This document shows positions 48,608 to 60,344 of a stretch of 64,000 nucleotides of DNA, one piece after another. The translations under genes and the position numbers were made by a program. This DNA is from Malacoraja senta (Eukaryota): positions 24,554,001-24,618,000 of the forward strand of contig CM075987.1 of assembly GCA_038087875.1 (NCBI GenBank), in the 5' to 3' direction. Below the pieces are notes generated by a model. It was not told the DNA's origin. It did not search any database and saw nothing but the letters and a program-made list of their open reading frames with translations. Every line of letters begins with the position of its first letter. Within the stretch, counting starts at the first letter, position 1.

Positions 48608-49289
48608 TTAAGATGTCCTGTAAAATTTTCGTACATTTCAGTAATTTTGAAGTCTTGTGAGTTGTAAGCGGAGGACAAAACAATAGCCAAAATATGAATC
48701 AGAATAAAGTGGCTTGTTTTTCTTCATAGTTACATATATATATTGCTGAATCATTTCCTATGGAACCAGAAAAATTGTCGGTTGGGTAGGATTTTGCTGG
48801 CACCGACTCTCTTCGCGGAAAGTGGCTTCCTTGAAACCATATTCCTTGAGATTGTTGACTTACATTCAAATACAATTCTTGATGGATCAACCATGCATAA
48901 CCAGCTGGAAAACCACCAGTAAAATATCAGGAATGCCTGAGAATGCCTGGTGGTGCCTTGAAAACAACATTTCTTTGTGCATGGAGCAAGCGAGGATATG
49001 TATCTCATTATCTCGCGAATAACTGAAGCAGATGGCGTTGAGGTAATTATAGACAAGTGTTTCTGAATGAGAAGGCAATAGAAGAAGAAAAATAAGAATT
49101 AGTTTCAAAGGACTAGAGTGGAGTCCTGAACCAACACACACAGATTGAGAATAGACATAAAATGCTGGAGTAACTCAACGGGACAGGCAGCATCTCTGGA
49201 CAGAAGGAACGGGTTACATTTCGGGTCGAGACCCTCATGCACAGATTGATTTGAATGCCCTATACTTACGCCACTGATTTGACTTTGCT

Positions 49290-50595
49290 GTTTAGACTTT
49301 AGAGATACAGCATGGAAACAGGCCCTTCAGCCCACCTAGTCCGTGCCGACCAGCAATCATCCCGTACACCAGCACTATCCTAAACACTCGGGACAAATTG
49401 CGATTTTACCAAAGCCAAATAAACTACAACCCTGTACGTCGTTGTAGTGCGGGAGGAAACCAGAGCACCCGGAGAAAACCCACGCAGTCACGTGGGGAAC
49501 GTACAAACTCCGTACAGACAGCACCCGTAGTCTGGATGCAACCTGGGTCTAAGGCAGCAACTCTACCGCTGCGCCACCGTGCCGCCCTATTTCATCGCAT
49601 ACTTGAGTAATTCTATTTAAAATAACAAGTACAAATCAGCCCATCTTTAGGATGTGGGAGGAAATTAGTGCACCTGGAGGAAACCCACACGGTCCCAGTG
49701 AAAAGCAGAGGAAGAAAAAAGTCCAGTGGACCATCAGTTTGCGTGGTCACAACATGAATCTGTGTTGATTAACAAACAAACACAATGCTTGAGGGATGAA
49801 CCGTGCATTACTAACTGGAAAACCACCAATACAATATCAGGAATACAGACATGATGATGCATAATATCAGCCCTGTTTCATTCTCTACAAACGCCGTCTG
49901 ATCCGATGAGTTTAGTTTAATTTAGAGATACAGTGTGGAAACAGGCCTTTAGGCCCACCAGGTCCACGCCATCCAGTGATCCCCACATATTAACAGTATC
50001 CTACACACACTAGGGGAGGAACCGAAGATCTCGGAGAAAACCCACGCAGGTCACGGGGAGATCCTACAAACTCCACACAGACAAGCACCCGTAGTCGGGA
50101 TGGAACCCGGGTCCCCGGCGCTGCAAGCGCTGTAAGGCAGCAACTCTACCGCTGCGCCACCGTGCCGTTGTTCCACCACAACGTTTTTAAGCACAAATCA
50201 TTAAGATTTCAGGTTCATGTCGTGACCACGGAAATGGAAGGTTCACCAGATGTTTCCTTCCTGCTCTCACACACGTTGAAATCATGAAATAAATGAATAA
50301 TGGCGCAGCTGGTAGAGCTGCTGCCTCCCGCGCCAGAAACCTAGGTTCGATTCTATGTGGAGTTCGCATGCTTTCCTTGCGATCGCGTGGGTTTCCACCC
50401 ACATCCCAAAGCTGGCCGTGTTTTTAGCTTAATTGGCCTCCGCAAATTGCCCCTCATTTGTCAGGAGTAGGTGTAAAAGTGGGGAAACATCGAACTAGCG
50501 TGAACGGGTGATCAAATGTTGTCCTGGACTCGGTGGGCTAAAGATCCTGTTTCCATTCTGCATCTCTAAACTAAACTAAACTAAACTAAACTAAA
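49290..50595. mobile_element. Three V-SINEs (about 49290-49587 minus, 49908-50167 minus, 50300-50595 plus)
   Basis: Heads, V-domain pieces and (TAAAC)n tails. Confidence 0.8.
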
Positions 50596-50654
50596 TGACT
50601 TTAGCATGTTACCAGTAGCTTAGCACATTAAACAAAATTGAAACAGGTAAGTAC

Positions 50655-50984
50655 TAGCCCTGCCCCACGGTACGAGTTCATTCCAAGAGCTCTCCCGAGT
50701 TTAAAAAAAATCAAACTCGTGGTAAGCACGGAGAATGAACGTAGCGGGTACGTCAGAGCTCGGGGACGTCTCTTAGCGGCTCGTAACGCTAACGGCAGGT
50801 ACTCGGGAAGACTCGCTAACGGCAGGTAAGCACGGGAAGACTCGTGAAGATTTTTCAACACGTTGAAAAATGTCCACGAGAGCCCCGAGTACCGACGAGT
50901 GGCCTTTACCGTAAATCTCCGAGTTCGAATCAGGGCAAACTCGGGAGAGCTCTTGGAATGAGCTCGTACCGTGGGAAAGGGCTT
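50655..50984. mobile_element. PIF/Harbinger-type MITE
   Basis: Long imperfect TIR TAGCCCTGCCCCACGGTACGAG...; same family as 44453-44772. Confidence 0.85.
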
Positions 50985-51269
50985 TAAGAATAACATTTAA
51001 ACAGCATACTTTTAATGCCAGAAATTACTTGTGTTCCCCTTAGTATTGAGGCTCCTCCTCACTTTACCACGTAGACTTAGTCGAAGGAGTGTAACATATT
51101 ATAGTATTTCTCTTCCTTCTATAAATATGTCAAATGCCATTGACATTTAATTGGAAGCCTCTATTCATTTTGGATGCAAATAGCAAATAGGAAAACTATA
51201 TATAATTTGGATAATTAGAATCAATCTATCTTTCTTCCACATTTGTCAGTGGTGTTGCCACCAAGTAAA

Positions 51270-52157
51270 TATGATACAGGATATGATATGAGACGATACA
51301 ATAGGACTTTATTCATCCCAGGATATAAATTGATCTGCCAACAGTCATAAAACACAACAAGATACATGAAACATTAAATTAAAGTGACGAGAGGAAAGTC
51401 CAGGATTGTGCAAAGCAAAGATCCTGTAGCGGAGCAAGATAGACCACTCCTTCTAAATGCAATGGGCTGACGTGTAGTACGCAACGGAGCAGAACGTGGG
51501 CCTTTTTTTCATCCATTTCAGTAACCCGACCTGACCCGACCCGACCCGACTCGCAGTGTAATCAACGTTGTGGGGGAACAGTTTGTGTTAATAAATTATA
51601 ATTCTGAAAATGAGGAGAAGATTTTTCCCAAAGAACTTTTATTTTTACGAGGATGTTTCCGTAACCGGCTTCCGTCTCCGCACTAGTATCTTTGCTCCGC
51701 TACGGGATCTCTGGTGCGGAGACGGAAGCCGGTTACGGAAATGGGGCCGAAAATGACCCATGAATCTGCCCATGACCGTACTACGTCTTTTTCGTCGAGT
51801 GGGCTATCTTGCTCGCTATAGGATCTTTGGTGCAAAGATTGGGGAGGGGTGGGATGGTGGGTGAAGGGGGAGGGGGGGGGGGAGTCAGTCTACACCATGA
51901 CAGAAGGGGGAGGAGTTGTACAGTTTGATAGCCCCAGGGAGAAAGGATCTCCTGTGGCGTTCTGTGCTGCATCTTGGTTGAACCAGTCTGTTGCTGAAGG
52001 TGCTCCTCAGGTTGACCAGTGTGTCATGGAGGGGGTGAGCTGTATTGTCCATGATTGAGGAGCATCCTCCCCTCATGGACCACCTCCCATGAATCCAACT
52101 CCGCCCCCAGGACGGAGCCAGCCTTCCTGATAAGCTTGTTGATTCTGTTTGCCTCCA
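51270..52157 (-). mobile_element. Rex1/Babar 3' fragment interrupted by a hAT MITE
   Basis: IMDNTAHPLHDTL...RCSTERHRRSFLPGAIKLYNS; UTR like 34440-34668. Confidence 0.8.
51416..51829. mobile_element. hAT-type MITE, complete (414 bp)
   Basis: Perfect 8-bp TSD GTGCAAAG (51408-51415, 51830-51837); about 33-bp imperfect TIR CAAAGATCCTGTAGCGGAGCAAGATAGACCACTC. Confidence 0.92.
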
Positions 52158-52229
52158 CAGGAATCATTTGCAAGTGGAATAATTAATTTATATCTAGTTA
52201 ATTTTCATTACAATTAAGTTGATCGGTAA

Positions 52230-52545
52230 CTCACAGAGCCAGAGACCCGGGTTTGACCCTGACTAAGGGCGCTTGGCTGTACGGAGTTTGTACGTTCTCC
52301 CCCCGTGACCTGCGTGGGTTTTCTCCGAGATCTTCGGTTTCCTCCCACACTCCAAAGACGTACAGGTTTGTAGGTTAATTGTAGCTTGGAATAAAATGTG
52401 TAAATTGTCCCCAGTGTGTGTAGGATAGTGTTAATGTGCGGGGATTGCTGGTCGGTGTGGACTCAGTGGTCGGTGCGGACTCAATGGTCGGTGCGGACAA
52501 AATGGGCCGAAGGGTTTGTTTCCGCTCTGTGTCTCTGAAACTAAA
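52230..52545 (+). mobile_element. V-SINE with triplicated GGTCGGTGYGGAC near the tail
   Basis: Seen directly at about 52450-52498. Confidence 0.85.
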
Positions 52546-55354
52546 ACACTTTTAGTTTATTTTTCAACTTTGCAGATGGCAAACCTTTAATAAAAATGTG
52601 TGCAAATATCCGGATGTAAAAATATTACGATGTGTTAATAACACACGGCTGTATTAATGTGAAAATTGACTCGCAAATTCCTGAGATCAAGGGATATGTC
52701 ACAAGTTGTAAATCCCTGGTAAAATAGAGAAACAAAGTGAGCTCATTAATACAACTGCGTCTGGCCTCGAGGCAAAGTACGTTTGTGTTGGGTTAACAAG
52801 TAGGTTTGTGCCTGAAAGATACGTCACTATACTTTATCGCCATTACAGTTCCTACAGAGAACCTCAGTAATAGTTCCGCTGGTTCTTCCCCTTCCCCCCT
52901 CCTCACTGAACACCCAGCATCCTCGCCTCAAACTCCATCCACTCCCCTGACTCTCAGTCTGGAGAAGGGTCTTGGCCCAAAACATCACCTATTCCATTTA
53001 GAGAGTGATACAGCGTGGAAACAGGCCCTTCAGCCCAACTTGCCCACACCGACCCAACATGTCCCATCTACACCAGTCCCACTTGACTGCGTTTGGCCCA
53101 CATCCCTATAAACCACTCCCACATCCCTCTAAACCCCCCTCTTTCTCCAGAGATGCTGCCTGACCCGCTGAGTTACTCCAGCATTGTGTGTCTGTCCACC
53201 TTATCAGATCATCTACAGCGAACATAATGTGGCAAAAAGCACTTGGTCCAAAATAAAAAAAAACAAGAGTTGATTTGCTCTCACCAATTCCATCAGTGAA
53301 CAAAAAGCTGGAGTAACTCAGCGGGACAGGCAGCATCTCCGGAGAGAAGGGATGGGTGAGGTTTTGGGTGGAGATCCTTCGACTGGTACATGGATTGGCC
53401 AGGTTCAGAGGGCTATGGACCAAACACAGGCAGGCGGTGCTAGTGTAGATGGGACATGTTGGCTGGTGTAGGCAAGTTGGGCTGAAGGCCCTGTTTCCAC
53501 TCTGTAAGACTCTATGACTCTAAGCATCCCAGATTTGTTTCCCCACACACGTATCTCAAACCGTACAGAGATTTTCTTGCTTTGAATAAGGAGAATCCAA
53601 CATAGTTGTCGTAGTAAAATTTGGAATGTTTTCACCATAACTTTCTTGTGAGGCAGCTGCTTTAGTTTATATTGGATATCTTGAAAATACAGGGAAAACC
53701 AAGGGAATTATTCCTACATGGAATTTGGTAATCCCAGTGAATATTTGATCCCAATTGCACAGGAAATTCAAACTGTTCTAATACACATAAAAACCTTTGG
53801 CACCTTAAATGGTAGGTAAATATAATAAAACAAACCCTTGCCAATTACTTTCAATGGGAATAAAAGTCCTGTATTTTTTTGGCATTTCCTTCAAGTGCTA
53901 GGTTTCATGGTTTGCCTCGTGTTAAGGAATCAAGATGACTGATTGCACCAATGTGCAAAACGGAGAGACATAGGAAGTCCTGTTTACCAGCTGCGATAAG
54001 GTTATATAATGCGCATAAATAACTGCACTTTTTTAAAATTAATTGTATTTTAACTTGTATTTTAACTTGTATTTTAACTTGTTAAGTATGGAAGCTATTT
54101 GTGGTGTTATGTCTGTCTTGAAGCTGTCGTGGCATTGTAATTTCCTGCAAAGGATTATTAAAGGTATAATCTAATCTAATCTAATCTAATCTAATCTAAA
54201 ATAAATCACAATATCAATTAACAAGGCAATTAAAACGTGCAGCAGATGAAATGTGTAGGGAGGAACTGCATCATTCCCTCTCTCTCTCTATCCCTCTCCC
54301 ACCCAATTTGCACTAGGTTCAGTCATCTTGTCGAGTCTCATTGTCTGCCATTCGTTTTCACCTCGCCCACAGCTAAAAATGGCCTGTTTCCTTTATCATC
54401 ATTCCCATTTAGCATCTTTCATTCATTTGATCTGTTTCTCTCGTTTCCCTCTCTCCTGACTCTCGGTCCGAAGAAGGGCCTCGACCCCGAAACATTACCT
54501 ATTACTTTCCTCCAGAGATGCCGTCTGACCCGCTGAGTTGCTCCAGCTTTTTGTGCCTATCTCAGGCAATTACAAATTGAGATCATATTCAAAATGAAAG
54601 CAATAATTAGCTGACATAGCAAAAATCAAAAAAGCTCTTCTTGCACAAACACTTATTAAAACAAACCCAGCCAGAAAGTAAAATGGCTCCAGTAACCAAT
54701 GCAAAGAATCTGAGGTTAATGTGCTTGCAGTGTTATTTGCATCGCCCTGGGAAATGTAGAATTACGTCAGTAGATCTATATATAGTAAGCAACATGTCCC
54801 TGGCTATTAATTCGACACTGACGCTGCTCCTTCTCTTCACCCTGTCAGATAGAACCAAAACAAGGATCCCCGAGAGATGATGACAAAGGGAAGGTGTATG
54901 GTAAACAATGCATTTACTTGCTGTTATTTAGCCCGAGCTAGATTATACGTGATCATTGCTTATCTGAATCACACCTGAGCTACAACCAAGCAGGTCGAGC
55001 ATAAATCATGTCCCGCTGAGTTACTCTGGCTTTTCGTGTCTATCTTCGGTATAAACCAGCATCTGCAGTTCCTTCCCACACATCAATCATTTCCGATGGA
55101 TATCTTCTATTTTGCATTTGCATGTCATAGAGTCATAGAGTCTTCACAGTGTGGTAACAGGCCCTTCGGCCTAACTTGCTCACATGTCCCAGCTACACTA
55201 GTCCCACCTGCCTGCGCATGGTCCATATCCCTCCAAACCTGTCCTATTCATGTACCTGTCTAACTTTCTTAAACGTTGGGTTAGTCCCTGCCTCAACTAC
55301 CCCCCTCTGGCAGCTTGTTCCGTACACCTACCACCCTTTGTGTGAAAACATTAC

Positions 55355-56485
55355 ATAGATACATAGATACATAGAAAATAGGTGCAGGAGTAGGCCATTC
55401 GGCCCTTCGAGCCTGCACCGCCATTCAATATGATCATGGCTGATCATCCAACTCAGTATCCCGTACCTGCCTTCTCTCCATACCCCCTGATCCCCTTAGC
55501 CACAAGGGCCACATCTAACTCCCTCTTAAATATAGCCAATGAACTGGCGTCAACTACCCTCTGTGGCAGAGAGTTCCAGAGATTCACCACTCTCTGTGTG
55601 AAAACGTTTTTCCTCATCTCGGTCTTAAAGGATTTCCCCCTTATCCTTAAGCTGTGACCCCTTGTCCTGGACTTCCCCAACATCGGGAACAATCTTCCTG
55701 CATCTAGCCTGTCCAACCCCATAAGAATTTTGTACGTTTCTATAAGATCCCCTCTCAATCTCCTAAATTCTAGCGAATATAAGCCAAGTCTATCCAGTCT
55801 TTCTTCATATGAAAGTCCTGACATCCCAGGAATCAGTCTGGTGCACCTTCTCTGCACTCCCTCTATGGCTATAATGTCCTTCCTCAGATTTGGAGACCAA
55901 AACTGTACGCAATACTCCAGGTGTGGTCTCACCAAGACCCTGTACAACTGCAGTAGAACCTCCCTGCTCCTATACTCAAATCCTCTTGCTATGAAAGCCA
56001 ACATACCATTCGCTTTCTTCACTGCCTGCTGCACCTGCATGCCTACTTTCAATGACTGGTGTACCATGACACCCAGGTCTCGCTGCATCTCCCCATTTCC
56101 TAATCGGCCACCATTTAGATAATAGTCTGCCTTCCCGTTTTTGCCACCAAAGTGGATAACCTCACATTTATCCACATTATACTGCATCTGCCAAACATTT
56201 GCCCACTCACCCAGCCTATCAGTCTCAACATGTCCCAGCTACACTAGTCCCACCTGCCTGCGCTTGGTCCATATCCCTCCAAACCTGTCCTATTCATGTA
56301 CCTGTCTAACTTTCTTAAACGTTGCAGTCACCTTGCAGTCTCCTAGCATCCTCCTCACAGCTAACACTGCCCCCCAGCTTAGTGTCATCCGCAAACTTGG
56401 AGATGTTGCTTTCAATTCCCTCATCCAGATCATTAATATAAATTGTAAATAGCTGGGGTCCCAGCACTGAGCCTTGCGGTACCCC
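55355..56485 (-). mobile_element. CR1 family A, 5'-truncated young copy inserted in an older CR1 tail (about 55125-56610)
   Basis: [39 protein letters not shown] at the 5' end; 244-aa open frame 55453-56187; TTAC duplicated at 55351-55354 and 56486-56489. Confidence 0.92.
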
Positions 56486-57480
56486 TTACCCCTCAGATTC
56501 CTGTTAAATCTTTTCCTCTTCACCTTGAACCGACTGTATGTCCTCTGGTCCTCGGTTCCCCTCCTCTGGGCAAGAGACTTTGTGCATCTACACGATCCAT
56601 TCCTCTCATGTGTTCAAATAATATTTAATGGATGGATGAAGTATCCGGTGATTGTGAATTTAAGAAAGACTGGCTTTCGATTCAATGTAAACTCATGATA
56701 GGTCATGAGCATTGGTTCTGCAAAGATGGGATCGTTAAACTAAAGGTTAACATCCTAGCTGAATGAATGCACAGCTGGTAAAGCCACTGCCTCACAGGTC
56801 CAGAGACTTGGGCTCAATCCTGACCTTGGGTGCTATCTGTGTGGAGTTTGCACGATCCCCCCCCCTGTGACCGCTTGTGTTTCCTCCTGGTGCTCTGGTT
56901 TCCTCCCACATCCCAAACACGTGCAGGTTTGTAGGTCAATTGGCCTCTGTAAAAAAATTGGCCTGGTGTGTGTAGATGGTTTATGCATGCAACCAATAAT
57001 ATAGCTACCTCAGTACCACTAACCACGCCTTAGTTATCAAGTGTAAGAACTCTATCTCCCGTGTGCTCCTCCCTTGGTTCCAGCATGATGACTGGGTGCA
57101 GTCAGTGCTGGAAAGTGTTTAACCTGTCTTATTATTAAACGTTAAGTAAAGCTACAAGTGAGTCAGACTCAGCTCCTTTACAGTGTGTAAGGAGTGGATG
57201 AGAAAGTGGGATAACACAGAACTGGTGTGAACGGGTGATCACTGATCGGCGAGGACTCGGTGGACCGAAGAGCTTGTTTCCGTGCTTGAATCTCTGAACT
57301 AATATATCTGGATCTTTAAAACATTATTGGGGCAGCATGGTGGCGCAGCGGTAGAGTTGCTGCCTTACATCGATTACAGCGCCGGAGACCCGGGTTCGAT
57401 CCCGACTACGGGTGCCGTCTGTACATTCTCCCCGTGACCGCGTGGCGTTTCTCCGGGATCTCCGGTTTCCTCTCACACTC

Positions 57481-58053
57481 AAATCAAATCAATCAAATCA
57501 AAAAACTTTATTTGCCATTTGTGTTTACACACATAGGAACTCATGTGCGGTTGTTCAGAGAGTCAAGTCAAGTCAAGTTAAAAAGACACACAGAAAGACA
57601 CATAATCTATAAAAACATATACTTCTCTAGAAATAAAAAAAGAAAGTGCCTAAAACCTTATATAAAGGGGAAGTGAAGAGAATTGTAAATTACACAAACC
57701 CTATATAAAAGTGTCGATTGCATTGTAAATTGCAAAGACAATATAATATGATATAATATGATATGTTATGATGTGGGTCAGGACATCAGTTCATTTTGTT
57801 TTGGCCAAGAGTCTCACTGTGGCAGGGAAGAAGCTCTTGAAAAAGCGTGTTCTGTTTGTGACGATGCTGTCCGCTCGTCTGTGCCTGAGGTTGTATGTGC
57901 AGTTTTTGTGTTTGAGCAGGGAGTGAGGTGGATGTAGTGTGTCTCTGATGATTCTCTCTGCTCTTTTTTGACCGCGCTGTGTGTAGATTGTTTCCTTGGA
58001 GGGAAATTCCGTTCTGATAATCCTCTCTGCAGTATTTATGACTCTTTGCAGAG
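57481..58053 (-). mobile_element. Rex1/Babar-like 3' fragment inside a V-SINE (57330-58213, plus)
   Basis: ALQRVINTAERII...RAERIIRDTLHPPHSLL...RTRFFKSFFPATVRLL; the SINE breaks and resumes at CTC/CTCCA. Confidence 0.8.
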
Positions 58054-58574
58054 CTCCAGAGATGTGCAGGTTTGTAGGTTGATTGGCTTGGTGCATGTGT
58101 GTAAATTGTCCCCAGTGTGTGTAGGGTTGAGTTAGTGTGCGGGGATCGCTGGTTGGCGCGGGCTCGGTGGGTCCGAAGGGCCTGTTTCCGCGCTGTATCT
58201 CTAAACGAAACAAAATTAATGCAACAATTCTTTGTCAGGACGTGAAATCCGTTCCAGATAAGATTCAATAAGAAAATGGTCACTGCTGTTCAAGGTCAAG
58301 GCCATTCATTGTGTGAAACATACCAAGTTATAATAAGTTAGCACCACAAGGAACATGGGTTGGCTTGAAATAAAACTCAAACGTATTCTTCACAGGGATG
58401 TGAACCTTATGGGGAATCACTACAAAGATTGATTACAAGCCAGGCAAAATGAAGTACAATTCTGACCAATTTTATTTTGCTGGTACAACAGAGATTTATG
58501 AGCTGCAGAACAGACACGAGTTCAGATTGCACTGTGTCCAGCATGTAGGGTTGTCAGCTTAGTCTATTTAAACG

Positions 58575-58852
58575 TGTAGGAAGGAACTGCAGATACTGGT
58601 TTAAACCGAAGATAGACACAAAATACTGGAGTAACTCAGCGGGACAGGCAGCATCTCTGGAGGGAAGGAATGGGTGACGTTTCGGGTCGAGACCCTTCTT
58701 CATATGCTCTCTCTCTCTCTACATCACCGTCTATATTTCTCATTTCCCTTTCCCCTGACTCTCAGTCTGTAGAAGGGTCTCGACCAGAAACGTCACCTAT
58801 TTAGTTCTCTCCAGAGATGCTGCCTGTCCCACTGAGTTACTTCAGCATTTTG
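58575..58852. mobile_element. Penelope-like fold-back insertion
   Basis: Minus arm about 58575-58702, plus arm about 58710-58852. Confidence 0.8.
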
Positions 58853-58916
58853 AGCCCCTCTTAAGTCAATTTCAACTCTGTTTATTATATTAGCCGAGTC
58901 ACCTTGGCCAGCGTCA

Positions 58917-59244
58917 AGGGCCTGTCCCACTGTACCAGGTAATTCAAGAGTTCTCCCCTGATTCGAGCTCGTGTAATGTACGTGGTGGGTACGTAGGAGC
59001 ACGTGGATGTCACGTAGCGGCTCGTACGAGTAACGGTAGGTACTTGGGAAATCCGGTAAACTCGTGACGTTTTTTCAACACCGTGAAAAATGTCCACGAG
59101 TAAAAAAATACTCGTGATGAAAAGAATGGTTACTTTTGACTCGCACGAGCCCCTACGTACCCGCTACGTACAATACACGAGCTCGAATCAGGGGAGAACT
59201 CGGGAGAACTCTTGAATTACCTCGTACAGTGGGGGACAGGCCCT
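58917..59244. mobile_element. PIF/Harbinger-type MITE
   Basis: TIR AGGGCCTGTCCCACTGTAC...AATTCAAGAGTTCTCCC as in 48300-48607; TSD not clean. Confidence 0.8.
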
Positions 59245-60005
59245 GAAGGAGTTAAATGATCTAAAGGAGGCTTTTGGTGCGGAATGGCGACTGGCACTGA
59301 GACATTCACTCATTCCGGGGAAGGCGTGGGTTGAACATATTTTGCGGACCTCTTATGGATGATGTAATTCACGATGTCCGTCTGCCAGACGAGCAAAACA
59401 AGGTTGGCAGGACAATCTTCAAGGGCAACGACACACTAAACAACAGCAGATCGATCATGCTGTCAAAACTGCTGTCCTGAGCTGACTTCATGGACGGCAG
59501 CCAAGTTAGCAGTGTCAGAAGGAAGCTGAAACAGCTGGCGTGGAATAGAATTTAATTGATGGCGAGTTACACCGACTTACGAACGTAATCTTTCTTAAGC
59601 AAGCTTCACTGCCTAGTTAAGCACGCCGTTTTACCCAGCGAAAATAAAAAGACAGTTAAAAAAAGTCATTAAACTCGCGAGGAATTAATGATTGAGCAAT
59701 ATGCTTTCTCCAAATTGGAAATAAGTAATATGTTCAGGAATCCCAGTGTGCAAGAGGCAATAAACAGCTTCCGCACATTGAATAAACACTGAGGCAATGG
59801 GCTGATGTGTTTATTGGTGTGCAGATATTACTTCTTTAAAGAGTTCATTTTGGGATTGCAGGGTTTATTATGCGATTTCAACATTTGGTTCAACAACGAC
59901 AGGAGTTTGTACGTCCCCCCCCCCCCCCCGCGTGACCTGCGTGGGTTTTCTCCGGGATCTCCGGTTTCCGCCCACACTCCAAAGAGACGTGCAGGTTTGT
60001 AGGTT

Positions 60006-60344
60006 GACAAAAGTGCTGGAGAAACTCAGCGGGTGCGGCAGCATCTATGGAGCGAAGGAAATAGGCAACGTTTCGGGCCCAAAACCCTTAAGGGAATAGG
60101 CAACCCTTAAGGAAATAACCCTTAAGGAAATAGGCAACGTTTCGGGCCGAAACCCTTAAGGGAATAGGCAACCCTTAAGGAAATAACCCTTAAGGAAATA
60201 GGCAACGTTTCGGGCCGAAACCCAAGGGTTTCGGCCCGAAACGTTGCCTATTTCCTTCGCTCCATAGATGCTGCCGCACCCGCTGAGTTTCTCCAGCACT
60301 TTTGTCTACCTTCGATTTTCCAGCATCTGCAGTTCCTTCTTAAA
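60006..60344. mobile_element. Penelope-like fold-back insertion with scrambled tandem centre, inside a V-SINE (about 59900-60541)
   Basis: Perfect 14-bp TSD CAGGTTTGTAGGTT (59992-60005, 60345-60358); about 69-bp internal unit repeated. Confidence 0.88.

Noticed and set aside
59250..59480. Short protein-like frames in unique DNA (also 18161-18382, 24683-24883, 40484-40732, 61031-61417)
   Set aside because: Short, no family motif recognised, no consistent splice structure.
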